In this document: in pieces, positions 24,630-38,121 of the stretch
Layout of the letters: each line of letters begins with the position of its first letter
Numbering within the stretch: the first letter of the stretch is position 1
NCBI GenBank assembly: GCA_043228905.1
Contig: JBHGNT010000020.1
Span: 15,252,001-15,316,000, forward strand
Direction: 5' to 3'
Length of the DNA: 64,000 nucleotides
DNA from: Azolla caroliniana
Taxonomy: Eukaryota; Plantae; Polypodiophyta
Translations under genes and position numbers: made by a program
Notes under the pieces: generated by a model
The model's input: the letters and a program-made list of their open reading frames with translations, nothing else
Databases searched by the model: none
Told to the model about the DNA's origin: nothing

Positions 24630-25176
24630 CGCAAACCATGTATAGTGAGTGTGAACGGGCCCTTACACCTGTGCACGCCCCTTGTTGTATAGTAGATAGG
24701 GAGGCACAAAGGTTAAATCCTAGGTAGCAATATTCTATAGGGGGAATTGAGGAGTATCTCTGTCAGAAAGGACAGAGAATTAATGTGATGTAAACGGGTG
24801 AAACGGCCTCCCTCCTTGAGCTATAAAGGAGAGGGAGACGGGGGAGAGAAGGGATCGCGCGCTAGAGGGGACGAAGTGTTGTCGGACTGGGACCGAGCTC
24901 TTCTTCTCTGTCGTTCTCCATAGCTTTCTTTTGCGCAGATTCTCAGGAGGCTGATCCTGCTCCGTGGAACGCCCGTGTGCTTCCGGCAGAATCTCCATCT
25001 TGCTCTCCTGTGTGCGTGGGTGATCAGGCGCCGGCATCCATCTCGCCGACCTGGTCGGCTGTAACCGTTCGAGTCGTCTGCATACATTTATATACATACG
25101 CTAGTGTTCTCAACTCGTGTCTCCTGTGTTGTTGGGCCGCGTCCCCGTGCGCTTCTTTGTCTATACGTGTGTGAGC

Positions 25177-25213
<37 letters not shown>

Positions 25214-25330
25214 TTCTCACCTATTCCTCGGTCCAAGACCCCAGTGGTCCCACCTTGTTCTCCACGCACGCGTGTAACAACGCGACAACGTGTGGCTAGA
25301 AGACACATATATACACACAAATAGATGTAT

Positions 25331-26850
25331 TGTTGCGGAAGCGTCAAAATATTATGAAAATATTTTCAAAAACTTAATTTAGAAAAAGAAGAAAAAAAAC
25401 AAAATTTTACAAGGTTCAGACAATTAAGCCTACATCCTCCAAAGCAATTGTTCTATTAGACGTAGGAGAAAAGAATACAAGATTGGGATTAAACCCAAAC
25501 CACCTCCCCAAATCCCAATTTTTGATGTGGGATAAGGGAATCAGCCAAAAAATCAACAAATCTCCACCTTGGCATGGCAATCTCTTATCCTACCAAATAC
25601 AAATCTTCTCAAACAAACAAATAATAAAATAGTCTTTGCGGTGATTCCAAATCTACGCCATGAGGCGCCAACTTTAAATGTGTTGGATATTAACCAAGTC
25701 TAAATAATGTCAATTTTGGCCCTTGTAACCACCTTGGCTAGAATATCTGCAGGATTCTCCGTAGTGTGAATCTTCTGGAGAAGTGTCTCCTCCTCTTCAA
25801 GAATTTCCCGCAGAAAATGATAGCGAACATCAATGTGCTTTGTCCGTGCGTGAAAGACTTGGTTCTTTGCTAAATAAATAGCATTCTGATTGTCTGAATA
25901 CACATCAAGTTGTTTCTGACCAATTCCCAAATCCTTAAGCAGCCCATGAAGCCAAATTGCCTCCATCACAGCCTTTGTAATTGCCATATACTCTGCCTCT
26001 ATTTTAGACAAAGCCATTGTTGACTGCAAAGTAGACTTCCAACTAACTTGCGCCTTTGCGAAAGAGAACAAATAACTAGTTGTAGATCGTCGTTTATCCA
26101 AATCACCTGCATAATCAAAATCACAATATCGAACTATGCATTGATCGAGTGATTTATCTTGCTCAAATGTCAATCCAACATCCACAGTATTTTGACGATA
26201 CCGCAGAATCCATTTCATAGCTTGCTAGTGACCCTTGCCCAGATCATGCATATACCTACTAACAATACTAATAGCTTGTGAAATATCAGTTCTTGTACAT
26301 ACCATTGCATACATCAAGCTTCCAACTGCATTTGCATATGTGACTTTCGCCATGTATTCTCACTCTGCATCAGTTGTTGGAGATAATCTACTACTCAGTT
26401 TCAAATGAGGAGCAAGTGGAGTACTTATAGGATTTGTATCATGGTACATACCAAAACATTGTAGTATCTTCTTCAAATACTGCTTCTGTGACAACCAAAG
26501 TTTGTTCCACTCTCACTCCCTACTTATCTCCATGCTGAGAATCTTCTTGGCTTCCCCCAAATCCTTCATCTTGAACTCTTTACTCATTTGAGCCTTCAAC
26601 CTATCAATCTCAACTTGACTCTTTGCTGCAATCAGCATATCATCAACATATAAGAGTAAGTAGATGTATGAAGCATCTTGTTGAAGATTGCGCAAATACA
26701 CACAATGATCGTATTTTCTTCACCTGTACTTCTAACCCTTCATGAACTTGTCAAGTCATATGTATCACTGTCTCGGAGATTGTTTCCGTACATACAACGA
26801 TGTTATAAGTTTACAAAACCAATCTTCTTTACCAACAACCTTGTATCTAT
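25331..26850 (-). mobile_element. Degenerate copia 3' fragment (RT-RH plus probable 3' LTR 25331-25558), Tork-like
   Basis: YLLLYVDDML, WKSTLQS, HARTKHIDVRYHF; PPT CCAAGGTGGAGATT next to TG..CA LTR. Confidence 0.82.
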
Positions 26851-27479
26851 TGTAATATGACCCCAAAAGAAATTGACCCCATGACCTTACGTTACACAGG
26901 TTGAGGCCATACTACTAGGATAACAATTGTAATACAAAAATTATTATTTTCATTTGTTATTTCATCACAAAAAATTATGTATATTCTAGATTTCTCTGGA
27001 ACATTCAAGAATGTCTTCTAATGCCGAAATTTGGCCCATGAGACAATTGGTGTACAATAATATAGGGTGCCTACCCAATCATTGAAATAAAAATAAAAAT
27101 AGAACTTAAGCTAAAAGAGTTCCAGTATTTGTACAAAACATGTTATGGTGTAACATATTCGATGAAGGAAATGATTTTGTACTAGGCCTAGTTTCATTTC
27201 CATCCAAGCCTATCGAAAATTAATGGGAGGTCAAAGGGTTTCGGTGTGGGTGTGACCCGTGGTCTCGATGTAGAAGGTACCCCAACCATGGCTTCTAGGC
27301 GGTGTAGCTCACATTCCCTTATTTTCTCAATTGCGTCTGCACCACATCGACTTGCTTTGAAACCCGTCATCCAAGAGCGTTTGGTTCTTCTTTGGTTTTC
27401 TGCTTTATCAAGGAAGAGGCCGAGTGGTGCGGGTGTGTCCACATTCATCATCTCCCCCTATCCCTAATCAACTTCATTT

Positions 27480-30400
27480 GTTACATGTTGGTGAATATTA
27501 GAAACGTTATTGTCAACATTTTGTAGTATATTCTCTCTATGTTGTTTTAGCTCTAAGATATATCTACCTAATTTCTTTATATCTAGAGTATCTAATAGTT
27601 TGGGGAGGGTGGGAGAGGTACCGATTATGTCTTGGTATTTTGCCCTTATCTCGGCGTAAGTTGGACATTTGCATGTAAAGTGGTACTCGTCCTCTATCTC
27701 TATGTGATATAATCTACATATCCTTTCCTTTCTAGGGACTCCATTAGTACAACTATTCTCAATCTCAAGTTGGTGAGATGATATTCTAACTTGTCCAATG
27801 GAAACCCTTAGTGCATTTGGTAAGAATACATCTACATATTTTGGTCGTGTAATAAAACCTAACTTAGAGAAGTGCTTGAAGTGTTTCTTATCTAGTACAA
27901 CATTTTAGATGGGAGTGGATCTAATGGGCTGATCCATTTATACCGAGTGTATATTTTCCATATTTCTTGGCGTATTACTTTATTATGGTCCTCATGAGAG
28001 ATTAATGTGTTATGAATCTAAGGGGAGGTAGATTATTAATGTCTAGACCGTTTGCAAGCCAACACACCATCATGCCATACCATGAGCTAGTATAACCGAA
28101 CTCATATAGAGATCGAGATGCCTCAAAAGCTTGATGAGATATCCAATCATGTATCCTATGAATAAAGACTACAAGTTGAAAAAGTGCTTCTACTAACATC
28201 GGGGGTAAGGTGAACTCAACGCTAATAATGTCATGTGGTATTGTTGATTTGCTTCGGAATTGGCATGATAGCATAATCACCAATGGTCTCTCTAATTGTG
28301 TCCACATAAAATATGGTAGCCCTTGAGCCCAAACCACTGATGCATACATGAGGGAGGAGGTCACTAATGATTTGATGAGACACCCCTTAGCCCGTGGCTC
28401 TTGAAAGTATGCATGGTGGCATTGTCTCTCTAAGAGTGAGAGGGATGCATGTCCTCTCGTAAGTCTATCCTTTGTTGCCTGTGTCATAGAAAATTTACCT
28501 GAGCGGGCACTAAAAGTAACTCTGAGATATACATATGATCACTACCTCCATAATCTCATCAATCTAGATCCCAAAAAGAGTTGGTGATAGGGGGCAACCT
28601 TGCTTGTTTTACACCAATAGTGCTAGTGTGAAGCAGTTGGATAGGCCACCTGGGCATCATACGCACCCGGAGACTTGCTCATATAGTGCGTAGATGGCCC
28701 AAATCATGTCATGTGGTATCTTCAAGCTTTTAAGTGTATCAAACAACCACTCCCTAGGGACTGAGTCAAAGACTTTGCAGAAGTCCACAAAAAAACAATA
28801 TAATTTCTTCTTGAGACCCTTTGTTTGTTCATAGTCTACTATGGTGGAAAACCCTCGGCAAGGGCACGATTGAATATTAGAGTTAGAAAGGGAGTTAGGT
28901 ACTCTTGCCCATATATGATGGGTGGCTGGTTTGGGACTTGGTAAAGTTTCTTTGTATATGTGTGCCAAGTGTTGGGATCCTCGATGGGTGTTTTTGGTCT
29001 TGGTTCCCGCAATGGCACAATCGCTATTTATGAGCATATGGTAGAGTTCCCAATATTGGGATGCATCCCACTACTGCTAATTGTTGGGGAGTGAAGGGCG
29101 TGTGTGAGTTCTGTAGTAAGGCTTTCTAAAGGCAAGGAGGAATCAAGAGAGGAGAGATGGGCCTCAACATGTCATGAGTATTTGTCAGCGACCTCATGTG
29201 TGAAATGTATTGTGGTGTGATGGCTTGGTTGACTAGAGTTGGTGACCTTGGAGATATCACATTTTAGTTCAAAGTATAAGAAACTATTATCCACACCAAT
29301 AGGACATGGGGCCACCTGGAAGGAGTTAATCTTGTGGATAGCTTTAGGGCATCCTATTAGATAATCAATTGTGCTTTCACCTCCTCCATGTGGGGAACAT
29401 GTGAGCTCCTCTGAGCCTGGCCAGTTGGCTAAACCATTATATATGATCATCTGGTGCTGACTGCCAAGTTCGAGTAGATGATGGCCAAAGCTCGTGGCGT
29501 CCGCACTTTGATCTATTGATCTACGTGTGTTGTCTATGTCTAAAGAATCGAAATTTACCATTTCTACGTTTCTATCCGCCTGAAATATTGTACATTGTCT
29601 GGATTGGGTTCTCGTATTGAAATCTCCTAAAAGGAAGACTTCTCCTTGGGAAGAATATCATATTATATCATCCGATAAAGGTTCGTATGGAGAAGGCCCA
29701 TGTGGCACTCCATCAACTAATCTTGTGTCACAAAATGTCAATATCAATAAATATATTTTCATATTATTATTATTCAAGAATTATGGAGCACTAGACACAA
29801 TAGATGACCTCCAAATGGCATGGATGTTGTATGCCAAGTGGCACACAACATGTATGCCAAATGGCGATCATGCACAATCCGATGTACACTATATAAGTCG
29901 AAGATCTGCTTAGTGTTGAACCATTCTGGTTCAACACCAGTCCTCAGCCACCTTGTAATCTTGGTTTACGGTAATACAAATTCTTGTCATCTTGTCCTGT
30001 TATTGTCTTCTCGTTTGTTGTTATCTTCTTTTTTTGGACGTTGAAATCTTCTTCGAAGCTTGGGTTTTGACAGTTTGAACCACAATGGAGACAGTTAGTA
30101 AACAAGAGTATATGCGTATTCTATCCGACCTTGACCTCCTAAAAACAAAATTTGTCACATTAGAACAAGAGAATCAAAATGGCGATTTACAACAAGTGAG
30201 TGTTGAAAAGGCAAAATGACATGAGGAACTCTCGATACGTGTCCAACAACTTAAAGCCGATCTGTTATCTCTTCGACAACAAACTTCCACCTCTCAGAAT
30301 TTGTTCAAGGAACCCAAAATTAGTTTGCCAACAAAATTTGATGGTACAAGGTCTCAATTTCAAGGATTCTTGAATCAGGTACGCCTTGTAATTCATGTGC

Positions 30401-33400
30401 ATCCCAACCGATATCCAACTGACGCAGCTCGAGTAGGGTTAGTTGGGGCATTATTGACAAGAACCGCACTAGCATGGTTTGCATCATTGCTAGAGAAGAA
30501 GTCCCCAATACTAGATAACTTTCATACCTTTATCAATGAATTCCAAGCTAGTTTTGGTGATAATGATAGTGTAAGAACAACAATAGACAAGATACGCAGA
30601 TTGCGCCAAGGAGATCGGCCAACCTCAGCTTAGGCAATAGATTTTCGTCTTCTTGCTTGTGATATCCCTTGGGATGAAGCGGTGTTGATGGACTTGTTCT
30701 GGCATGGTTTGCATAATGATGTTAAGGACTTGCTCCTAACATTTCATGATGAACCTAAATCATTGATAGACGTTATTAGCCGTGCAGTTCGATGAGACAA
30801 TCGTTTGTTTGAACAACGTTCTGAGCACCAAGAAATGTCGACATGCCTAAGATCAGAGCAAACATATGCTGAAGCATTAGCCTCACCAGCTTTAGAACCA
30901 ATGCAAGTTCCCAATCCGAATTCTTTTAATGGACCTACTCCAATGGAGATTGATGAGGCATGTCGTTGAGGTCCTTTGTCTGAAGCCGAGAAACGATGAC
31001 GTCAAGCAAATTGACTTTGCCTATACTGTGGTAGTCTAGGACATATAGCAATCATTGTCCACATCGACCAAAGAGACAATTGAATCAAGTAAGTACTATT
31101 GAGAATTTTGATTCATGTTCCTGAGTCAATGTCAATAAACCAAGAACTCATGTCAATGGCCCTCGGTCCAACAGTTTTGATGTTCAAAGTGAATTGGATG
31201 ACTTGTTAAACGAGTAAGTCCAACAAAAATCGGAGCCATTTGGTTGGACCAACCAAAGAATATAGAACTTGTTCCTAGCTTAGGTTCCATTTCATTGAAC
31301 CGAGTCAGTGAAGTTTTAACGGCACAAGTTCAACTTAGCACATCAAGATGTCATCAAGTTCTTGCATCTACGCTCTTGGATTCAGGTCCAGCCAACTCAT
31401 GTTTCATGGATCGGGATTTTGCCATAACACAAGAAATTATACTCTATAAGCTTCCTCGTCCAGCATTTGTAGTAGTAATCGATGGACGTTCTATTTCATC
31501 ATGACATATTACTGAAGAATCAGAGCCTATTCGTGTAGTTCTTGGGAATTTAGCTTGTGTAATATCTTTCAATATCATAAGCAGTCCCGAACATCCAATT
31601 GTTCTTGGTTTGCCTTGGTTTGAACTTCATAATCCAAAGATTGATTGGAAGAATCATGAAATCATAGATTCACAAAACAACAATTCAAAGCTCCTCACCA
31701 CATCAACCTCAAAGCTAAAACCAGGACATATATAAACTATCTCTCTCCAAAGGTCATGTAAAGAAGCTACAATAGAAGACATGTTTGTGTTTGCAATGGT
31801 CATAACCCTATTTTCAAACCCACAAGATTCAGAGGTCCATTTACCATCAAAGTATCAAGAATTTTCCGATGTGTTTGATAAGGTAAAGGCCATGACACTT
31901 CCTAATCATCGGCCATATGATTGTCCCATTGATTTCATGCCGATAAAGAACCACCATGGGAACCAATTTATAACCTTTCGCCATCAGAATTGAAAGTTCT
32001 TCGAGAATATATTGATGAGAAGTTTGCAAATGGTTTTATTCGATATTCTCAATCTCCTGTTGACGCTCCTATTTTTTTCGTCAAGAAGAAAAATGGCTCT
32101 TTACGATTGGTCGTAGATTATCGAGGCTTGAACAAGGTTATGATCCAAAATCGATATGCTCTACCATTGATTCCAAATCTCTTGGAATGTCTCAATGGGG
32201 CCAAATACTTCACAAGGCTAGACTTATGAGGATCTTACAACCTTGTTCGTATTTGACCTGGTGATGAATGGAAAACTGCTTTTCGCACGCGATATGGTCA
32301 CTTTGAGTACACAGTAATGTTGTTCGGTCTTACAAATGCTCCAACAATTTTCCAACATATGGAAAATGATATCTTTCGAGATTTCCTTGATATCTTCACG
32401 ATAATTTACTTGGATGATATATTATTCTACTCAAAGACACAAGAGGAGCATGATAACCATGTTCGACAAGTTCTGCAACGATTACGGGAATTTGGTCTTT
32501 ATGCCAAACTAGAGAAGTGTTGCTTTCACCGCAATCAAGTGGAATTTCTAGGGTATATGGTCTCTCCGGAAGGTATTTCTATGGATCCAACACATAGCTT
32601 GGTTTGCGATCTGCAATGTTTCTTGGGATTTGTGAATTTTTACCGCAAGTTCATCAGGAGTTACTCAAAAGTTGTTTTGCCCCTCACAGAACTAACACAA
32701 AAGAACCGACCATTTGTATGGACGTCAAGCGTAGCCTATGCATTTGATAGGTTGAAGCAAGCATTTACATCTGCTCCCATTTTGGTCCATGTTGACCTTA
32801 AAAAGTTGTATATCATCGAAGCAGATGTGTTTGATTTTGCACTAGGAAGTGTTCTATCGCAAATAGCGCATGATGAGAAATTACATCCAGTTGCATTTCA
32901 TTCAAGAAAGTTTGAACCCACAGAAATCGATTATGAAATCCATCACAAAGAATTGTTGGCAATTGTTGATTCTTTCGAACAATGGCGTCACTTCTTGGAA
33001 GGTCCTCCCCACCAAATTGTTGTTTACAACGATCATAAAAACCTCACACACTTTCAAAATGCTCGAGTCCTTAATCGACGACAAGCTCGGTGGGCACAAT
33101 TTCTAACACGGTTTAACTTTGTGATAACATATCGACCAGAAATACCAGGTAAAGTTGATGCCTTATCAAGACACTCTTATTTTGCACCAAAACCGGGGGA
33201 CCCAACTTATGACCATAAAGAGCAAGTCTTTTTGAGCCCTACTTGTCTATGATTAATGGTGACAAATGTTGTTGAGACAACTTTAGATTCAAATTTTCTT
33301 GATTCTATTCACTCGAGCATTGGTTCAAATGATTTTGCACAAGACATTTTAGACCACATTGTTCCAAATCGTGCTTCTTGTTCACGCTCCAGGTTATCTC

Positions 33401-36400
33401 GCATGGATTATGGGAACTTCGGTTGGCATGATAGGTTGCTTTTTCGAAACAACCGTACTTATATTCCCAATGGACCTTCTCAACTTGATGTCTTGCATCA
33501 CTGCCATGATTCACCATTAGTTGGACATTTCAGAGTTTTGAAAACATTGGAACTTGTTACCCGAAACTATTGGCGGCCTCAGGTTCGTCAATTTGTCATA
33601 AACTATGTTTCTACTTGTGATGTATGTTGTCGATCAAAGATGACTTAACATTGGCCATATAGTTTGTTGCACCCATTTGCCCATTCTAGATGGTCCGTGG
33701 AAATCCATTGAATCTGTCGACTTCATCACATCTCTCCCATCTTCCCAAGGCTATGATGTTATTCTTACAGTGGTGGATTGCTTTACGAAAATGACACATT
33801 TTCTTCCATGTAGGAAGATTTTTAGTAGTCAGGAGATGACAAGTCTTGTTATGCGAGAAGTTTTCAAGCACCGTGGCCTTCCAGATGAAACCATTAGTGA
33901 TCGTGGGCCACAATTTATTGCAAATTTTTGGACACACTTACTTGAGATCCTTAGAATTTCTCGTAAACTATGTTCAAGCTACCATCCTCAAACCGATGGT
34001 CAAATTGAACGCACAAATCAAACATTAGAACAATATCTTCATTGCTTTATCAACTATCAACAAGATGATTGGATGGATTTCTTACATATGGAAGAATTTG
34101 CTTACAATAATTCAATCCATTCTTCTACGGGATTCATTCCATTCTTTGCAAACACAGGATATCATCCTCGATGGATGATGCTCCAATGTCCAAAATTCTC
34201 AAACAATCCCACGTTCAAGGATCTTCTAGAACAACTCAAAGAAATTCAAACCAACCTTTCTCATAATTTGCTTCATGCTCAAGCCAAGTACAAGAAGGTG
34301 GCAGATAAACATCTCTTAGATTCTGCACTTGAGGACCCAAAGTTTAAAGTTGGTGATCGTGTATCGTTATCGCGTCGTAATGTGAAAACTACTCAACCAT
34401 GTGACAAATTGGATTTCCAACGTCTAGGTCCATTTGCAATCTCTCATCAAGTCAACGATGTTGCATTTCGTCTGGACCTGCCTTCACATATGCCTTCACC
34501 TCAAGTTCTATCCCAAATCGGGTTATTCCACCACCACCTCCGGTTTAACTTGCCAAAAGATCCAAATATGAAGTAGAAGCTATTTTGGACTCCAAGATCA
34601 TCTGCAATAAGTTATAGTATCTAGTAGATTGGCTTGGATACACACCTGAAGATCGAACATGGCAACCTGCAATGAACGTCACTAATGCTTCAGAACTTAT
34701 ACAGGAGTTTGATCTTCGTTATTCCCATAAAGCAAAACCTAGTTCATGCATTGTGACTCATGGAACTCGTCGTCAAAGGAGGGGATGATGTCATAAAATG
34801 TCAATATCAAGGTTTGAACTTGTGAACTTTAAACAAGGGTCTTACACTCTAACCATTACACCCAGTTATTTTAATCAACAAATACATTTTCATATTATTA
34901 TTATTCAAGAATTATGGAGCACTAGACACAATAGATGACCGCCAAATGGCATGCATGTTGTACGCCAAGGGGCACATAGCATGCATGCCAAATGGCAATC
35001 ATGCACAATCCGATGTACACTATATAAGTCGAAGATCTGCTTAGTGTTGAACCATTCTGGTTCAACACCAGTCTTCAACCACCTTGTAATCTTGGTTTAC
35101 GATAATAGAAATTCATGTCATCTTGGCATGTTATTGTCTTCTCGTTTGGTGTTATCTTCTTTTCTTGAATGTCGACATCTTCTTCGAAGCTTGGGTCGTG
35201 ACATCTCGCCTCTCCAATCATATTATAATGAGATCCTTTTGGGGGAAAGTAACAAATTGTGTGGTCCTTGCTAGTGAGTACTTTCACCCACATAAAATGA
35301 GTGTTTGGTTCTGTCCTTAGTATTTCTTTCCTATTATGTAGCTCTCTCTGAAATAATATTGCAACACCTCTAGATCCTCTGGTAGTGCATCGACATGAGG
35401 TTTGTCTAAATACGAACTCCCAATGAAATCCTTCGACTCGGGGGAGTCCTCTATTTGGGCTTTGGTATGTTTCTACCAAGAAAAGTATATTTAATACCTT
35501 TAATATCTCCTCTAGGTGGCCGGGTGTGTCCAAAGTGCGTCGTTACAATTCCATAAGGTCATCCTAAGTGTATTTTCTATCACATGGGCCGCACGCCGTC
35601 AATTAGTAGCGCGATTATTTATTATCACTCGCCCGTCTCAATACGATAAAAGGAACGATGCCCTTCTTTACGAGCTTGCATGATTCGTGGCATGCAACTT
35701 TTGTTGTGCTCAATTTTCATCTTAGTGAGGTCTTCATCTAGATAGATAGGGTTCCCACCTAATCCTCGAAGAATTGGTCTCTTCTTAAAAAATGGGATTC
35801 AAGCTTCCAAGTCTTTAAACTGAAGTACTAAGGCTCTCTTCCTTGTTATGTCACATCCGACCCTCCATGTGTTGGTGATTGGTAGGGCCTCAATGTACCC
35901 TAACATTTTCCCAAGTGTTTGTGCATCTGCGTCGGGGGATGCATCTTCCTTGAGTCCAATGACACATGCATTTAAGCGTCGAGCCTTAACGCATTTTCTC
36001 TTCTTCAAGGGTAGTGTTAACAATATTTTCATATTTTATTTCCTTCTTAATGTTTCGTTTTACTACGTCTACCCAACCGGTTTTAGCTAACTCCATGTCG
36101 CTTTTAACTTCTTCTTTAACTTTTTTAATCTTGTCCTTTATATCCTCTATGGAGGATATTTCACTGTCTTCTCTAGATACCTCAAGGTCATTAAGTTGTT
36201 TCTTAATGTTAGTATTTTCTACTTTAAGTTTCTCTATTTCAACCTTAAGTGTGTCTTTTTCCTCTCTATCTTTTTTCTTTTGGGTTTCAGCTTCTTTCAC
36301 CCATTTTCACATATCATTCTCTATTTCTGCTAAGCGATTAAACATATCTAAAAAGTCTTCTTTACATATAGCCTCATCTTGTGTCTCCTTATGTTCTTTT

Positions 36401-36420
36401 CGTTTAGACGTCATCTTGGT
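27480..36420 (-). mobile_element. Degenerate two-ORF LINE (RTE-X-like or CR1/L2-group by inference), split by insertion 29726-35203
   Basis: ORF1 coiled coil plus WVDVVKR, VIGLKE, IYLDEDLT (35700-36420); APE endonuclease LVET, LGDFN, TIDY; RT LYCFFVDF.K.FDSVPR and GVKQGCPLSPTLFG; C-terminal SSHQLEIE and EDEYHF..KCPTY. Ends approximate. Confidence 0.85.
29726..35203 (+). mobile_element. Full-length degenerate Tcn1-like chromovirus inserted in the LINE endonuclease
   Basis: LTRs 29726-30072 and 34789-35203; TSD TCTTG/TCTCG; gag, PR (LLDSG), RT (YLDD), RH, IN and chromodomain remnants with many stops; PPT AAAGGAGGGGATGA. Confidence 0.93.
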
Positions 36421-38121
36421 GTCAAAATAGATCAAAGTAATGGGTAGAAGACTTAGTTGAGCCTATGCGGACGTCGCATTTACATTGGCATTTCGTCGAT
36501 TCGTATGTAGCACGTGACAAGCATGTTGAAGAACCCACCAAAGAAGGCACAACCTCATAGTTGTCATTGTGCACTTCTTCATGTAATATACTTCCTGTTA
36601 TCATACTTTTCTCTTCCTCTCTCTCTCTCGTGATCCTCACAAAGTCTTTTCTCTCTTCTCTACCTCTCTAGTACTAATTCTCTCTGCCTCTAGTACTATT
36701 CCCAATAGTTTGAACCAAATTTCCCATGTTTTTATCTTCCTTTCCTCTAATATTAATCTTCTTCTCCTTCATTCCTCTAATACTAAATCGCAACTATTAG
36801 CGCACAAGAATACCAATCCATCTTCTCAGAGCTTCAGTGCTTGAAAGAAGAATTTGTAGCCGGTCGAATCAACTTACCTTCTGCTCCTTGTTCGGCTTTC
36901 TTCTGCTAGGTCGCTTGTCGTAGTCCCATATTTGTCCTTACTGCTCTGAAGCGTTGATCTAGGAGTAGCTTTGTTAGGAAATCGATGATGTTCATCTCAG
37001 TGTCAATCTTCCGGATTTCGAGCTTTTTCTTGGTTACTAGCTCCCAGATATGATGATACCGCACCTCAATATGCTTTATCTTTGCATGGTAGAAAAGATT
37101 ATTGATGATATGTATCGCGCTTTGTGAGTCACAATATATGGTTGGCGCTGATCGGTTGATTCAACTAGTCATCTAGAAATCGTATGAGAGTTGGTACAGC
37201 CAGATGGCTTCCTTTGCTGCTTCCTTCATTGCTATTCATTCTACTTCTGTAGTAGACAGAGTTGTGCACTCTTGCAGCTTCGACCTCCATGATATGGCAC
37301 TGTCACCATTGGTGAAGATGTAGCATGTTGTCAACTTTTGATTTTTCGAATTCCCGACATAGTCGGAGTTGGTGTAGCCTTCGACTTCGGTCGGGTTTGT
37401 CGATCCGGAATTCAGTTCTGCATCCTCATTCCCATTTAGGTACCTGAAAATGTGCTTGAAATCCTCCCAATGCTTCTATCATGGGTTTGACATGTCGCGG
37501 TTGACAAACCCTACAACATAGGCAAGGTCAGGTCGGGTCGTCACCATTGCGTACATGATACTTCCTATGGCGGGTGCGTAAGGTATCTTCCTATTGAACT
37601 CTCTCTCCTTGTCCATTGAAGGAGAGTCTTTGTTCAATAGTCGGATCAACATCGGAAGCGGTGTTGGTCTTGGGTTCGCATTCTCCATGTTGAAGTGCCT
37701 CAGCACCTTTTGGATGTAGTCAGACTGGGAGAGCCGGAGTGATTTTGTCGTCTGATTTCGCTCAATCCTCATGCCAAGTATGTGTCGGGCTTGTCTGAGT
37801 TCCTTCATCGCAAACTTGTCGTGCAGGCTCCATTTTAGCTTTCCGATTTCGGCGTGATTGCTTCCTGCAATCAACATTAGTCGAGATATAGGATCAGATA
37901 CAATTGGAACATGTCGGCCAATTGCCAAGTATGTAGACATGGGTCGGAGTCAAACCGGTTGTAGCCGAGCTGTCAGATATAGGAATCAAACTTCTGGTAC
38001 CACATCCTTAGCGCTTCTTTTAAGCCATAGCGGCTTTTCTTCAGTTGACATACGAGGTGACCTTCCTCCCCCATCATCGTGAAGCTTGCCAGTTGAGACA
38101 TGTAGATGTCTTCTGCCATAT

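Larger units (their letters stand above)
9000..25287 (+). mobile_element. Full-length Ty3/gypsy non-chromovirus element, family A (Phygy/Selgy-like by inference), interrupted in integrase
   Basis: LTRs 9000-9700 and 24605-25287; 4-bp TSD ACGT (8996-8999 / 25288-25291); Trp PBS; gag-PR, RT-RH-IN order; PPT AGGTAGGGGCGGA before 3' LTR. Confidence 0.95.
26851..36860 (+). mobile_element. Old Tcn1-like chromovirus remnant with its LTR split by the LINE (5' part ~26851-27010, 3' part ~36560-36707), PBS and gag start
   Basis: 26851-27010 resembles LTR 47479 onward (ATGTATATTCTAGATTTCTCTGGAACATTC); TAGTACTA motifs then GTTTGAACC at ~36708; ~36790-36860 translates ATISAQEYQSIFSELQCLKEEF, like gag MATVSAEEYQSVFSEFQCLKEKF. 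Confidence 0.7.
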
